From a virus: a stretch of 64,000 nucleotides of DNA. Shown piece by piece: positions 18,584 through 27,365 of the stretch (the stretch's first letter is position 1; each line of letters begins with the position of its first letter). Under the pieces are notes generated by a model that saw nothing but the letters and a program-made list of their open reading frames with translations, made no database searches and was not told the DNA's origin. Made by a program: the position numbers and the translations under genes. Where the stretch lies: positions 14,131-78,130 of the IMG/VR virus record IMGVR_UViG_3300025120_010946, one strand, 5' to 3'.

Positions 18584-18753
18584 TGGACTTGCCTATTAGC
18601 GACAACGAACTTGCCACTATTATTAGTGCATTGAGATTAGGTGGCGATACGTCTCTTTATCAAAAATTGAATAAGATCAAGGAGGTTAGGGATGCAAATC
18701 CTGGAGGACCTTACAAGAAAATACTTAGAGAACAACACGGGATGGTGATTTGA
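18583..18753 (+). CDS. Small hypothetical protein (56 aa, MDLPISDNEL...)
   Basis: TAATG coupling to gp43; open frame read by hand. Confidence 0.6.
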   Translation: MDLPISDNELATIISALRLGGDTSLYQKLNKIKEVRDANPGGPYKKILREQHGMVI

Positions 18754-18906
18754 ATGATTAATGAAAACGTATCATCAATAGATAGAATTGCTGATGCACT
18801 TGAACGAATTGCAACAGTTTTAGAAACTGGTGCTCACATCAACATTGATCATGCACATGTTGATGAAATACATGGTGAGGTTATTACTCACCCTAAAAAT
18901 TTTTAG
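18754..18906 (+). CDS. Small His-rich hypothetical protein (50 aa)
   Basis: MINENVSSIDRIADALERIA...HINIDHAHVDEIHGEVITH; abuts the upstream stop. Confidence 0.55.
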   Translation: MINENVSSIDRIADALERIATVLETGAHINIDHAHVDEIHGEVITHPKNF

Positions 18907-18919
18907 TTTTTAATTTATT

Positions 18920-19921
18920 ATGGATTTCCTTAAAGAGATTGTAAAAGAGATTGGAGATGAGTACACCCAACTGGCAGCAGACATCGACGAAACCGAAACT
19001 TACGTGGACACGGGTTCGTACATCTTTAACGGACTTTGTTCAGGTAGCATATTTGGTGGTGTATCTGGGAATAAGATTACTGCCATTGCTGGCGAGTCTT
19101 CTACTGGCAAGACTTTCTTTAGTCTCGCTGTGGTTAAGAATTTTCTGGATAGTAATCCTGACGGTTACTGTTTGTACTTTGACACTGAAGCAGCAGTTAA
19201 TAAGTCTCTTCTCACAAGTAGAGGGATTGATTTACAACGTTTCGTTGTAGTGAATGTAGTTACTGTTGAACAATTCAGACAGAAAGCACTACAAGCTGTT
19301 GATATCTACCTTAAAACATCAGAGGAAGATAGGAAACCCTGTATGTTTGTGCTAGACTCTTTGGGTATGTTATCTACAGAGAAAGAGATTCGTGATGCTC
19401 TTGATGACAAACAGGTTCGTGATATGACTAAATCACAGTTGGTTAAAGGAGCTTTCAGAATGTTAACCCTGAAGTTGGGACAGGCTAAAATTCCAATGAT
19501 TGTTACTAACCACACTTACGATGTTATTGGATCTTATGTACCTACGAAAGAAATGGGTGGAGGTAGTGGACTCAAGTATGCTGCATCTACAATCATCTAT
19601 CTCAGTAAAAAGAAAGAAAAGGATGGAACGGAAGTCGTTGGAAATCTTATCAAGGCTAAGACTGCTAAGTCGCGTTTAAGTAAAGAAAATAAAGATGTTA
19701 CTGTTCGTCTTTTCTATGATGAGCGTGGACTTGATAAGTATTATGGTTTGCTGGAACTTGGAGAACTCGGTGGACTTTGGAAGAATGTGGCTGGACGCTA
19801 TGAAATGGATGGCAAGAAAGTCTATGCTAAGGCAATTTACAAAGATCCAGAACAATATTTTACCCCAGAGATAATGGAAAAACTGGATCAAATTGCTAGT
19901 GAAGAATTCAGTTATGGATAA
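18920..19921 (+). CDS. uvsX: UvsX RecA-like recombinase
   Basis: GESSTGKT, YFDTE, VLDSLG, MGGGSGLKY. Confidence 0.95.
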   Translation: MDFLKEIVKEIGDEYTQLAADIDETETYVDTGSYIFNGLCSGSIFGGVSGNKITAIAGESSTGKTFFSLAVVKNFLDSNPDGYCLYFDTEAAVNKSLLTSRGIDLQRFVVVNVVTVEQFRQKALQAVDIYLKTSEEDRKPCMFVLDSLGMLSTEKEIRDALDDKQVRDMTKSQLVKGAFRMLTLKLGQAKIPMIVTNHTYDVIGSYVPTKEMGGGSGLKYAASTIIYLSKKKEKDGTEVVGNLIKAKTAKSRLSKENKDVTVRLFYDERGLDKYYGLLELGELGGLWKNVAGRYEMDGKKVYAKAIYKDPEQYFTPEIMEKLDQIASEEFSYG

Positions 19922-21287
19922 TGTTGAATTTTTAGTTCTTAGAAACTTACTTCATAATGAGGAATATGTCCGTAAGGTAATTCCGTTTATAAAATCAGAT
20001 TACTTTGAGAATCGTAGTCAAAAGGTTGTATACGAAGAGATTCTTAAGTTTGTAGAGCAATACAATAAACCAGTTACCAAAGAAATTCTTTGTATCGAAA
20101 CAGAGAAGCGTCAGGATATCACTGATAGTGATTTTAAAGAAATTACCCAACTCATTTCTTCATTAGAAGAAGCACCTACAGAGTTTGAATGGTTAATATC
20201 TACTACTGAAAAGTGGTGTCGCGATCGTGCTATCTATTTGGCACTGATGGAATCTATTTACATTGCTGATGGTAATGATGAAAAGAAAAATAGAGATGCC
20301 ATTCCAACTATTTTATCAGATGCTTTAGCAGTATCATTTGACAGCCATGTAGGACATGATTACCTTGAAGATTATGAGGCAAGATATGAATCTTATCATA
20401 GGAAGGAAGATAAGATCCCGTTTGATCTTGACTATTTTAATAAAATTACGAAGGGTGGTTTGCCGAATAAAACACTTAACATTGCTCTCGCTGGCACTGG
20501 TGTCGGCAAAAGTTTGTTTATGTGCCATATGGCAGCTTCCTCACTCTTGGGAGGGAAAAACGTATTATACATCACGCTTGAAATGGCTGAGGAGAAAATT
20601 GCGGAGCGAATTGATGCTAACCTTCTTAATGTTAACATCCAGGAGATAACTGATCTACCTAAACAGATGTTTGAAAGCAAGGTAACAAAACTTGCTGAGA
20701 AGACTCAAGGCACTCTTATAATTAAAGAGTATCCAACTGCTAGTGCTCATGCTGGACATTTCCGTGGACTTCTTAATGAACTCGCTATTAAGAAATCATT
20801 TCGTCCTGACATTATTTTCATTGATTACCTTAATATATGTGCTTCCAGCAGGTATCGCGGAAACAGCAATGTCAATTCATATTCATATATTAAAGCGATT
20901 GCTGAAGAGCTTAGAGGACTCGCTGTCGAAGCGAAAGTACCTATCGTATCTGCCACCCAGACTACCCGTTCTGGTTATGGCAGCTCTGATGTGGAGCTTA
21001 CTGATACTAGTGAGTCCTTTGGCTTGCCTGCTACTGCTGATCTTATGTTTGCCCTTATTTCAACTGAAGAACTCGAATCCTTGGGACAGATTATGGTGAA
21101 GCAATTGAAGAATCGATATAATGATGCAAATGTCAATAAGAGATTTATGGTTGGTATTGATCGTTCTAAGATGCGTCTTTACGATTGTGAACAGTCGGCG
21201 CAGAATGATGTGGTTGACAGTGGGCAAGAAGAAGAGTATAATTATGATGAAAAACCTAAAAAATCATTTGAGGGATTTAAGTTTTGA
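19914..21287 (+). CDS. gp41: Replicative DnaB-like helicase gp41
   Basis: AGTGVGKS, LEMAEE, IDYL, SESFGLPATAD, QLKNRY. Confidence 0.96.
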   Translation: MDNVEFLVLRNLLHNEEYVRKVIPFIKSDYFENRSQKVVYEEILKFVEQYNKPVTKEILCIETEKRQDITDSDFKEITQLISSLEEAPTEFEWLISTTEKWCRDRAIYLALMESIYIADGNDEKKNRDAIPTILSDALAVSFDSHVGHDYLEDYEARYESYHRKEDKIPFDLDYFNKITKGGLPNKTLNIALAGTGVGKSLFMCHMAASSLLGGKNVLYITLEMAEEKIAERIDANLLNVNIQEITDLPKQMFESKVTKLAEKTQGTLIIKEYPTASAHAGHFRGLLNELAIKKSFRPDIIFIDYLNICASSRYRGNSNVNSYSYIKAIAEELRGLAVEAKVPIVSATQTTRSGYGSSDVELTDTSESFGLPATADLMFALISTEELESLGQIMVKQLKNRYNDANVNKRFMVGIDRSKMRLYDCEQSAQNDVVDSGQEEEYNYDEKPKKSFEGFKF

Positions 21288-21655
21288 ACGGTTACTATTC
21301 GGTATTTAATCCCAGAGGTGAAAAAATTGCTGATTGTGGTAGTCAAAAAGATGCTGTCAATCTTCTCAATATGAGAAACAATAGATGGGAAGGACATTAC
21401 TATATGTTTAATCCCCTTCCCGGTGATATAGTAGATATGAGTCCTTCTAAATCTTTTCCAACAAATAGTATTGTAGTAGCCGATGGTTATAGCAGTAAAG
21501 ATATCGTCGTTAATATGGACGGCGGTGTTGGTGGTAGTTGGAAAGAAGTTTCTGATGAAGAATTTGACGTGATGTTTCCTGATCAAAAACTATCAACCCA
21601 ACAATCTCTCCCTGAAAATCAACAACAACCATTCACCCCCGAATATCAAGGATAA
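21284..21655 (+). CDS. Hypothetical protein
   Basis: 123 aa ORF overlapping the gp41 stop, TTG start. Confidence 0.55.
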   Translation: MNGYYSVFNPRGEKIADCGSQKDAVNLLNMRNNRWEGHYYMFNPLPGDIVDMSPSKSFPTNSIVVADGYSSKDIVVNMDGGVGGSWKEVSDEEFDVMFPDQKLSTQQSLPENQQQPFTPEYQG

Positions 21656-22140
21656 TGGATAGACTCCAACTTAAAATTGAAGCAAACTCACCTTATAATG
21701 ATGGGTGGACTAAAGAATTTTATCGCGAACAATTAAAAAAGAAAACTATGAACAATTACACTGAATTTGTTAAGCAAACTACCAGTGCTCCAAGTCTTGA
21801 TTATGCAGTCATGGCAAATCGATTGGCAGAACTTGAAGCGAATGGAGTTAATACTACTCAACTCTTAACTGCTGCTCTTGGGTTATCTGCAGAAGCAGGT
21901 GAGTTTACTGAAGTTGTAAAGAAGATTGTTTTTCAGGGTAAACCTTATAGTGAAGATAATGTCTTTCATATGAAACGTGAACTGGGTGATATCTGTTGGT
22001 ATCTTGCTCAAGCATTCATGGCATTGGACACCAACTTTGATGAGATTCTTGATATGAATATTGAGAAACTCTCTGCTAGATATCCTGAGGGAACTTTTGA
22101 TGCGTATTATTCTGAAAACCGTAAGGAAGGTGATGTCTGA
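21655..22140 (+). CDS. mazG: MazG-like NTP pyrophosphohydrolase
   Basis: GLSAEAGEFTEVVKK, RELGDICWY, NIEKLSARYP; core probably starts at ATG 21748. Confidence 0.9.
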   Translation: MDRLQLKIEANSPYNDGWTKEFYREQLKKKTMNNYTEFVKQTTSAPSLDYAVMANRLAELEANGVNTTQLLTAALGLSAEAGEFTEVVKKIVFQGKPYSEDNVFHMKRELGDICWYLAQAFMALDTNFDEILDMNIEKLSARYPEGTFDAYYSENRKEGDV

Positions 22141-22259
22141 TGGATAGTGCAGTTCATGCATGGAATACTATGAGTTACGGAGAAGGATTTCTTTTCTCCG
22201 TTTGGTTATTGGGAATGTATTTTATTAAACTAAAAATGGATCAGAGGTTTGGAAGATGA
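22140..22259 (+). CDS. Small single-TM hypothetical protein (39 aa)
   Basis: MDSAVHAWNTMSYGEGFLFSVWLLGMYFIK...; TGATG coupling. Confidence 0.55.
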   Translation: MDSAVHAWNTMSYGEGFLFSVWLLGMYFIKLKMDQRFGR

Positions 22260-22450
22260 ATATTAAATTAGGACTGCGTGAAGCAGCAGCACTCAGGCAG
22301 TCTTTGTATCTTCAAACTAAAGATGACTCTTTCGAATTTCCTTCTGAACGTGTCAGAGAATTGAGAGGAATAATTTTAAAACTTGACTCTGAAATTGAAG
22401 TAGAACTTGAAAAACAACAGGACACTAAAGATGAAACTACTAACACTTGA
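22256..22450 (+). CDS. Hypothetical protein
   Basis: ATGA overlap, 64 aa. Confidence 0.55.
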   Translation: MNIKLGLREAAALRQSLYLQTKDDSFEFPSERVRELRGIILKLDSEIEVELEKQQDTKDETTNT

Positions 22451-22655
22451 GGATTATCAAAAGGCTGGAGAAACGTTCTGGCCTAAGTATTGGTACGTAT
22501 CTAAAGAACTTGGTGAAAATGCAAAACCAGAACAAGTTCTTAAAGTTATGGAAGCAGTCGGTGGACTTGCGTTAAAACTTGCTCTAGAGCAAAAAGAAAA
22601 AGAAGGTCCATTCGGATTTAATAAAAAGAAGGAAGATGATTCAGACAGCAACTGA
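22431..22655 (+). CDS. Hypothetical protein
   Basis: MKLLTLEDYQKAGETFWPKYWY; ATG at 22431. Confidence 0.6.
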   Translation: MKLLTLEDYQKAGETFWPKYWYVSKELGENAKPEQVLKVMEAVGGLALKLALEQKEKEGPFGFNKKKEDDSDSN

Positions 22656-22887
22656 CAGAATAGAAGTACCAGAAGGTGCTAACTTGATTGATGATGTTTT
22701 TTATGTTTGGAAAACTAGGTATGGATTGTATTCGTCAATGACTAAGCAAGGTCGTCATATGATGACTGGTGCTACCGAAGATGGTGTTACTGTATTGACA
22801 CGTTGGCACCTTAAGTGTGAGCAAGATGGTACGTTAGAACAATATACTAGAGTTGTTGGTGATTCTTTTGTTGGAGTAAAACTCTAA
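22636..22887 (+). CDS. Hypothetical protein
   Basis: 83 aa overlapping ORF in the same operon. Confidence 0.6.
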   Translation: MIQTATDRIEVPEGANLIDDVFYVWKTRYGLYSSMTKQGRHMMTGATEDGVTVLTRWHLKCEQDGTLEQYTRVVGDSFVGVKL

Positions 22888-22890
22888 ATA
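22885..22890 (+). promoter_or_regulatory. Late promoter core TAAATA
   Basis: CTAAATA about 10 nt upstream of ATG 22900. Confidence 0.6.
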
Positions 22891-22899
22891 GTTAAAAAA

Positions 22900-24078
22900 A
22901 TGGCTACTGGTGTAAAGGAAGGTAGTATAATCGAAGGGATCATGGCGATGTATATTGCCATGATCTTTGCTGACCCTGATGATGGGGAGAACATGCAAAA
23001 AGTAAAATCAAATATAAGTAAACTTAGAAAAGAAACAGTATTGTTGGAGAACATTAAACCAAGAATTGGTATCAAAAGATTGTTCCCCCAAGATGATCCA
23101 TTGGGATATGAAATTGCCCCTGGTAATAGTAATCTCAATCCTAACATGTCTAATGGGCAACCATATTTTATTCAGCAGAGAGGTGATAATCCTGCCGATT
23201 ACATTCAAGTTGGATTGGAAGTTTATCTCAAACCTGCAGAAGTTTATCCTGGATTTGGTGATGAATATTCTAAGTATGTTGAAGAAAAAAGAGATTATGG
23301 AAAATTAGCAAAAAAAGTAGATAATCTAATTGCGTCTAGAGGATCTATTCTTTTTAGAAGACTAATCATCGCAAAGAAAAAATTTCTTTTAAATAAAGAA
23401 ACTGATGTCATAAGGTATAATGTTTTAGCTGACGGAGTAACCGGAGAGCAAGCAGATGGTAATGTCAAAGCGGATATCATTGTAACTATTTTTGCTAATG
23501 GGCGAGAATTAATTAAAGATCAAATCAATATCTCTGTCAAGAGCGACTCATCAACTGTTGCCAACCTTGGAGTCATTAAAGGTTTGGAAGCAATGTATTC
23601 AGTCATTTCTCCCAGAGGAAAAACAGCAGTAAAAGCAAATACATTATTGGCAAATATTAAGGCTGCCAAAAGAGATGCGAAACTTCAATATGTTTCTGCA
23701 TTATTTGAATTACTTTCTGATAATTTAGTTAATAGTGATGATCCAAAATTTACTGATAGAGCTTTTAATTTTATAGAGGAAGCGATCTTTGGAGATGATA
23801 TGGCACAGGTTGTTGATGTAAAATCCTCTGGTGGTAAAGTAAAAGAAATGCAACCAGGACAATTTGCAGCGTATAGAAAATATGGAGATAAAGGGAAACC
23901 AATTAAATTGGTTGCAAAGAAAATGGCAGGTGATATTAGAATAATGCCAAAAGGAGAATCTAATAGTAATAATTTTATTTTTAAATTTAGATTTAAGAAA
24001 AGAAACTATAAAGATGGATCGGGACAATATGTAGATAAAATTATGATTGAGACAGGCAAACTCACTTACGCTAAATAA
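22900..24078 (+). CDS. Hypothetical protein, possible PD-(D/E)XK endonuclease
   Basis: N-terminal helix Glu (IIEG), KADII...ISVK pattern; basic protein. Confidence 0.45.
   Translation: MATGVKEGSIIEGIMAMYIAMIFADPDDGENMQKVKSNISKLRKETVLLENIKPRIGIKRLFPQDDPLGYEIAPGNSNLNPNMSNGQPYFIQQRGDNPADYIQVGLEVYLKPAEVYPGFGDEYSKYVEEKRDYGKLAKKVDNLIASRGSILFRRLIIAKKKFLLNKETDVIRYNVLADGVTGEQADGNVKADIIVTIFANGRELIKDQINISVKSDSSTVANLGVIKGLEAMYSVISPRGKTAVKANTLLANIKAAKRDAKLQYVSALFELLSDNLVNSDDPKFTDRAFNFIEEAIFGDDMAQVVDVKSSGGKVKEMQPGQFAAYRKYGDKGKPIKLVAKKMAGDIRIMPKGESNSNNFIFKFRFKKRNYKDGSGQYVDKIMIETGKLTYAK
24072..24077 (+). promoter_or_regulatory. Late promoter core TAAATA
   Basis: Upstream of the ORF at 24100. Confidence 0.55.
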
Positions 24079-24099
24079 GATATAGGAAATCATATATAA

Positions 24100-25389
24100 A
24101 TGAAAAGTTTCTTCCAGTTCCTTAGTGAAGCGGAATCACAAGCTGCAACACAGGCGAGAAAACTTGGACTAAAGGGCGACGGACATGGCGGTTGGTTAAA
24201 TCGTTCTGGGGAGTTTGTTGCTAAAACAGAAGATGGTAAATTAAAATTCTTTAATAAAAATCAGAAACCAGGTAAAGATCCAGATCAAACTCCAAATACA
24301 AAGAAAGTAACTCCGGTTCTCAAGACAAAAACAATGTCTGTGAACAAAGAACCACAAAGTAAAAAGAAAGGTGGTGAAGAGGAGACTGGTGGTGAAAAAA
24401 AGGCAAATAGTGATACCCTCACTCTTGCTTTTGGTAGATTTAATCCTCCTACCGTAGGGCATGAAAAATTATTTCAGATGGCTAAGAGAACATCTGAGGG
24501 TGGAGATTTAAAAATTTACCCATCTAGGACACAAGACGCGAAGAAAAATCCTCTTGATGCTGACATGAAAGTTTCTTATATGAAAAAAATGTTCCCTGAC
24601 TTTGAAGAGAACATTATTAATGATGACGAGATGCGATCTATTTTTAATGTACTTCAAACTGCTGATGGTGAATATAAAAATGTAAATATCATTGTTGGAT
24701 CTGATCGTCAATCAGAGTTTGAAAGTCTTGCTACAAAGTATAATGGTGAGTTGTATAATTTTGATAACATCCGTGTTGTTTCTGCTGGAGCAAGAGACTC
24801 TGACGCTGATGGTGTGGAGGGAATGTCTGCATCAAAGATGAGAAAAGCAGTAATTGATGATGACTATGAAGAATTTAAAAAAGGAGTTCCTAAGTCAGTT
24901 GCTGATGCTGATACACAATCACTATATGATGCAGTTCGTTCAGGAATGAAAATTAAGAAACAAAAAGTCACTGCTGAAATGTGGGAGATTGCTCCTAAGT
25001 ATGATCAAAGGGGATTAAGAGAACAATATGTAAATGGATTTATTTACAAAATGGGTGACATTGTTGAAAATCTTAATACCGGATTGATTGGTAAGATTAT
25101 TCGTAGAGGGACAAATCATCTTATTTGTGTGACTGAGCAAGAATATATGTTTAAATCTTGGATTCGTGATGTAATGGAATACACTGAGAAGTCTATGAAT
25201 AGAAGAATGAGATTGCCTGGAAAACCCAACACCCTTATTGGAACTGGTGGATATTACAAAACTGCTGTTGCAGCAACTCCAGGATCTCAAGAGGGAGCAA
25301 AAAATGTTGCTCCTGGTGGGAAAGTATATAACGGATATTCTAATTCTCTTAAGTTCATAAATAAGTACAAAGCTAAAAGTAGTAGATAG
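24100..25389 (+). CDS. HIGH-superfamily (cytidylyltransferase-like) nucleotidyltransferase
   Basis: FGRFNPPTVGH, KNPL, VGSDR, MSASKMR. Confidence 0.85.
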   Translation: MKSFFQFLSEAESQAATQARKLGLKGDGHGGWLNRSGEFVAKTEDGKLKFFNKNQKPGKDPDQTPNTKKVTPVLKTKTMSVNKEPQSKKKGGEEETGGEKKANSDTLTLAFGRFNPPTVGHEKLFQMAKRTSEGGDLKIYPSRTQDAKKNPLDADMKVSYMKKMFPDFEENIINDDEMRSIFNVLQTADGEYKNVNIIVGSDRQSEFESLATKYNGELYNFDNIRVVSAGARDSDADGVEGMSASKMRKAVIDDDYEEFKKGVPKSVADADTQSLYDAVRSGMKIKKQKVTAEMWEIAPKYDQRGLREQYVNGFIYKMGDIVENLNTGLIGKIIRRGTNHLICVTEQEYMFKSWIRDVMEYTEKSMNRRMRLPGKPNTLIGTGGYYKTAVAATPGSQEGAKNVAPGGKVYNGYSNSLKFINKYKAKSSR

Positions 25390-25391
25390 CC

Positions 25392-26900
25392 ATGCCTAAT
25401 GGAATCGGTAAGAACCCCCTTGATGATATTTCAAAGGTATACTTACAAACTGTGCGTGAATCTTACAAAGTAGAACCACCTCAGGAGAAGTTAAAAACTG
25501 ATCGTGATATGTTCAATATCCCTAAGGATGAACAGAAAGCTGCTAAAGAACGTTTGTTAGCGAAGGCTGCTGCTAAACGTGAAAAGATGAAAGTGGAAGC
25601 ACTTGATCCTGTAGGTAAAGAAGATGGTGATGTTGATAATGATGGAGACAAAGATAAATCAGATAATTATTTGTTAAAACGTCGTAAGGCAATTGCCAAA
25701 GCGATGAAAACTCGTAAGGAAGAGATTGAAGTTGAAGAGGGTTTCAAGGAACTCTCAAGAGATAAGAGAAACAAGATGTTCCGTAAGGCAGGTAACCTGT
25801 CACGTACAGCACTACAAGGTGGTGATGAAGGAACTGAGGCAGGCAAAAAATCTGGTAAGATTGTCAAGGCACTGAACAAGGATGCTGAAAAGAATAATAG
25901 AAATGATGTGAAGAATGAGGAAGTTGAGCAGGTAGATGAGAATCGTCGTGCTGCCGCCGCTGCTGGTGGATATAAGGATGACTCCAAGAAACAGACTGAT
26001 CCTTCTAAGGATGGGTTCACTGGTATCTCTGGTAGCATCAAAGATATTATGAGACAAAATAAAGAGATTGAAAAAAGAAATAAAATGAAGAAGGAAAGTT
26101 ACTCCAGTTGGAGGAATGATCTTCGTGAAATAATGGATGATGAAGAAAGTGGTAAAAAAATTAAAGAGAAGAAAGTAAAAAATAAAGTAATCATCAACCC
26201 TAAACTTGGAGAAGCAATACAAGAAATTGGTGGCACTCTGATTGAGTCAATCAAAGAAGAAGATTTTGATGATATTGTTGAAAGTGTTTATCTTGAATTA
26301 ATTGGTGAAGGATATTCAAATGATGATGTTGAAGAGGCGATTGAGTTTGCTCTAACTGAACAACTTAATGAAGTAAGTGATAGTTACTATGATTCTGCTG
26401 TAAAAACATCTAAAGATGCAGATGCTAAGAATAAAAGAGCGGAAATGATGAAGAGAGTTAAAGGACGCCTTAAATTTATGAAGAGAAGGGCTGGAGAAGT
26501 TGCTGGTAATGTTAAAAAGAAAGCTGCCACCGCAGCAGTTGATGTTGCCTTCGCTGCCGATGCAGCAAAGGACAAGGTAAAGAGTGCTGCCTCTACTGCT
26601 AAGAAGAGAGTTGCTGATGCACCCAAAGTTGCTAAAGCAGGTATCAAGAGTAGAATTAAAAAAGCAGCATTGGGCGTTGCAAAACGCATGGGTGAAGAGA
26701 CTGAAGATTCCTTGAAAGATCGTCGCATGGAACGTGGTGGTGTTGACGGCAACAACCGTTACAAGAGTGCTACTAAAAATGTTGCTATGGGTGGTGGAAA
26801 GAAAAAACCCTATGATGGTATGTCTGCACTTGAGAAAGTAAAGGCAAGCATCCGTGCCAAGCATGGACAGGGTGCTATCATGGATACCAAGAAGAAGTAA
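25392..26900 (+). CDS. Lys/Glu-rich probable internal head protein
   Basis: TAAATA at 25358; basic blocks alternating with acidic E-rich linkers; DGDVDNDGD motif. Confidence 0.55.
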   Translation: MPNGIGKNPLDDISKVYLQTVRESYKVEPPQEKLKTDRDMFNIPKDEQKAAKERLLAKAAAKREKMKVEALDPVGKEDGDVDNDGDKDKSDNYLLKRRKAIAKAMKTRKEEIEVEEGFKELSRDKRNKMFRKAGNLSRTALQGGDEGTEAGKKSGKIVKALNKDAEKNNRNDVKNEEVEQVDENRRAAAAAGGYKDDSKKQTDPSKDGFTGISGSIKDIMRQNKEIEKRNKMKKESYSSWRNDLREIMDDEESGKKIKEKKVKNKVIINPKLGEAIQEIGGTLIESIKEEDFDDIVESVYLELIGEGYSNDDVEEAIEFALTEQLNEVSDSYYDSAVKTSKDADAKNKRAEMMKRVKGRLKFMKRRAGEVAGNVKKKAATAAVDVAFAADAAKDKVKSAASTAKKRVADAPKVAKAGIKSRIKKAALGVAKRMGEETEDSLKDRRMERGGVDGNNRYKSATKNVAMGGGKKKPYDGMSALEKVKASIRAKHGQGAIMDTKKK

Positions 26901-27100
26901 TGCCTGCCGTATCAAAGGCACAGCAAAGGTTTATGGGTATGGTTTATGCCACCAAGAAAGGTGACATGACTAACCCTTCTCCTGAGGTTGCCCAAGCAGC
27001 AGCATCCATGAAGAAGAGTGATGCGAAAGACTTTGCATCAACTAAGCATAAAGGACTTCCTAAAAAGAAATCTCTTAAGGAGTTTTTAGAGAATATATAG
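26900..27100 (+). CDS. Conserved small basic protein (MPAVSKAQQRFMG...DFASTKHKGLP)
   Basis: DUF3008-like pattern; TAATG coupling. Confidence 0.65.
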   Translation: MPAVSKAQQRFMGMVYATKKGDMTNPSPEVAQAAASMKKSDAKDFASTKHKGLPKKKSLKEFLENI

Positions 27101-27121
27101 TATTAGTAATTGAGATTTACC

Positions 27122-27322
27122 ATGCTTGCATTTTTACTTCCCTTGGCATCAAAAATTATTACTGATGCTATTAATAAAATTCCTGAGAATGAAGAACTCG
27201 GTGAGAAAATGGTTGAGATCTGTCTTGTTATTCTTGCTAAGGCAGTTAAGTTAACCAAGACTGATATGGATGATCAACTCTTAGAAGTTGTAACAAAGGC
27301 GATTAAATCGAGAGAAGAATAA
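27122..27322 (+). CDS. Conserved hypothetical protein
   Basis: MLAFLLPLASKII...LTKTDMDD. Confidence 0.65.
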   Translation: MLAFLLPLASKIITDAINKIPENEELGEKMVEICLVILAKAVKLTKTDMDDQLLEVVTKAIKSREE

Positions 27323-27324
27323 AT

Positions 27325-27332
27325 TATAAATA
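27325..27332 (+). promoter_or_regulatory. Full T4 late promoter TATAAATA
   Basis: Exact T4 consensus upstream of the structural gene at 27366. Confidence 0.75.
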
Positions 27333-27365
27333 TCTTATAGCAAATAAATTATCGGCAGTTAAGAC

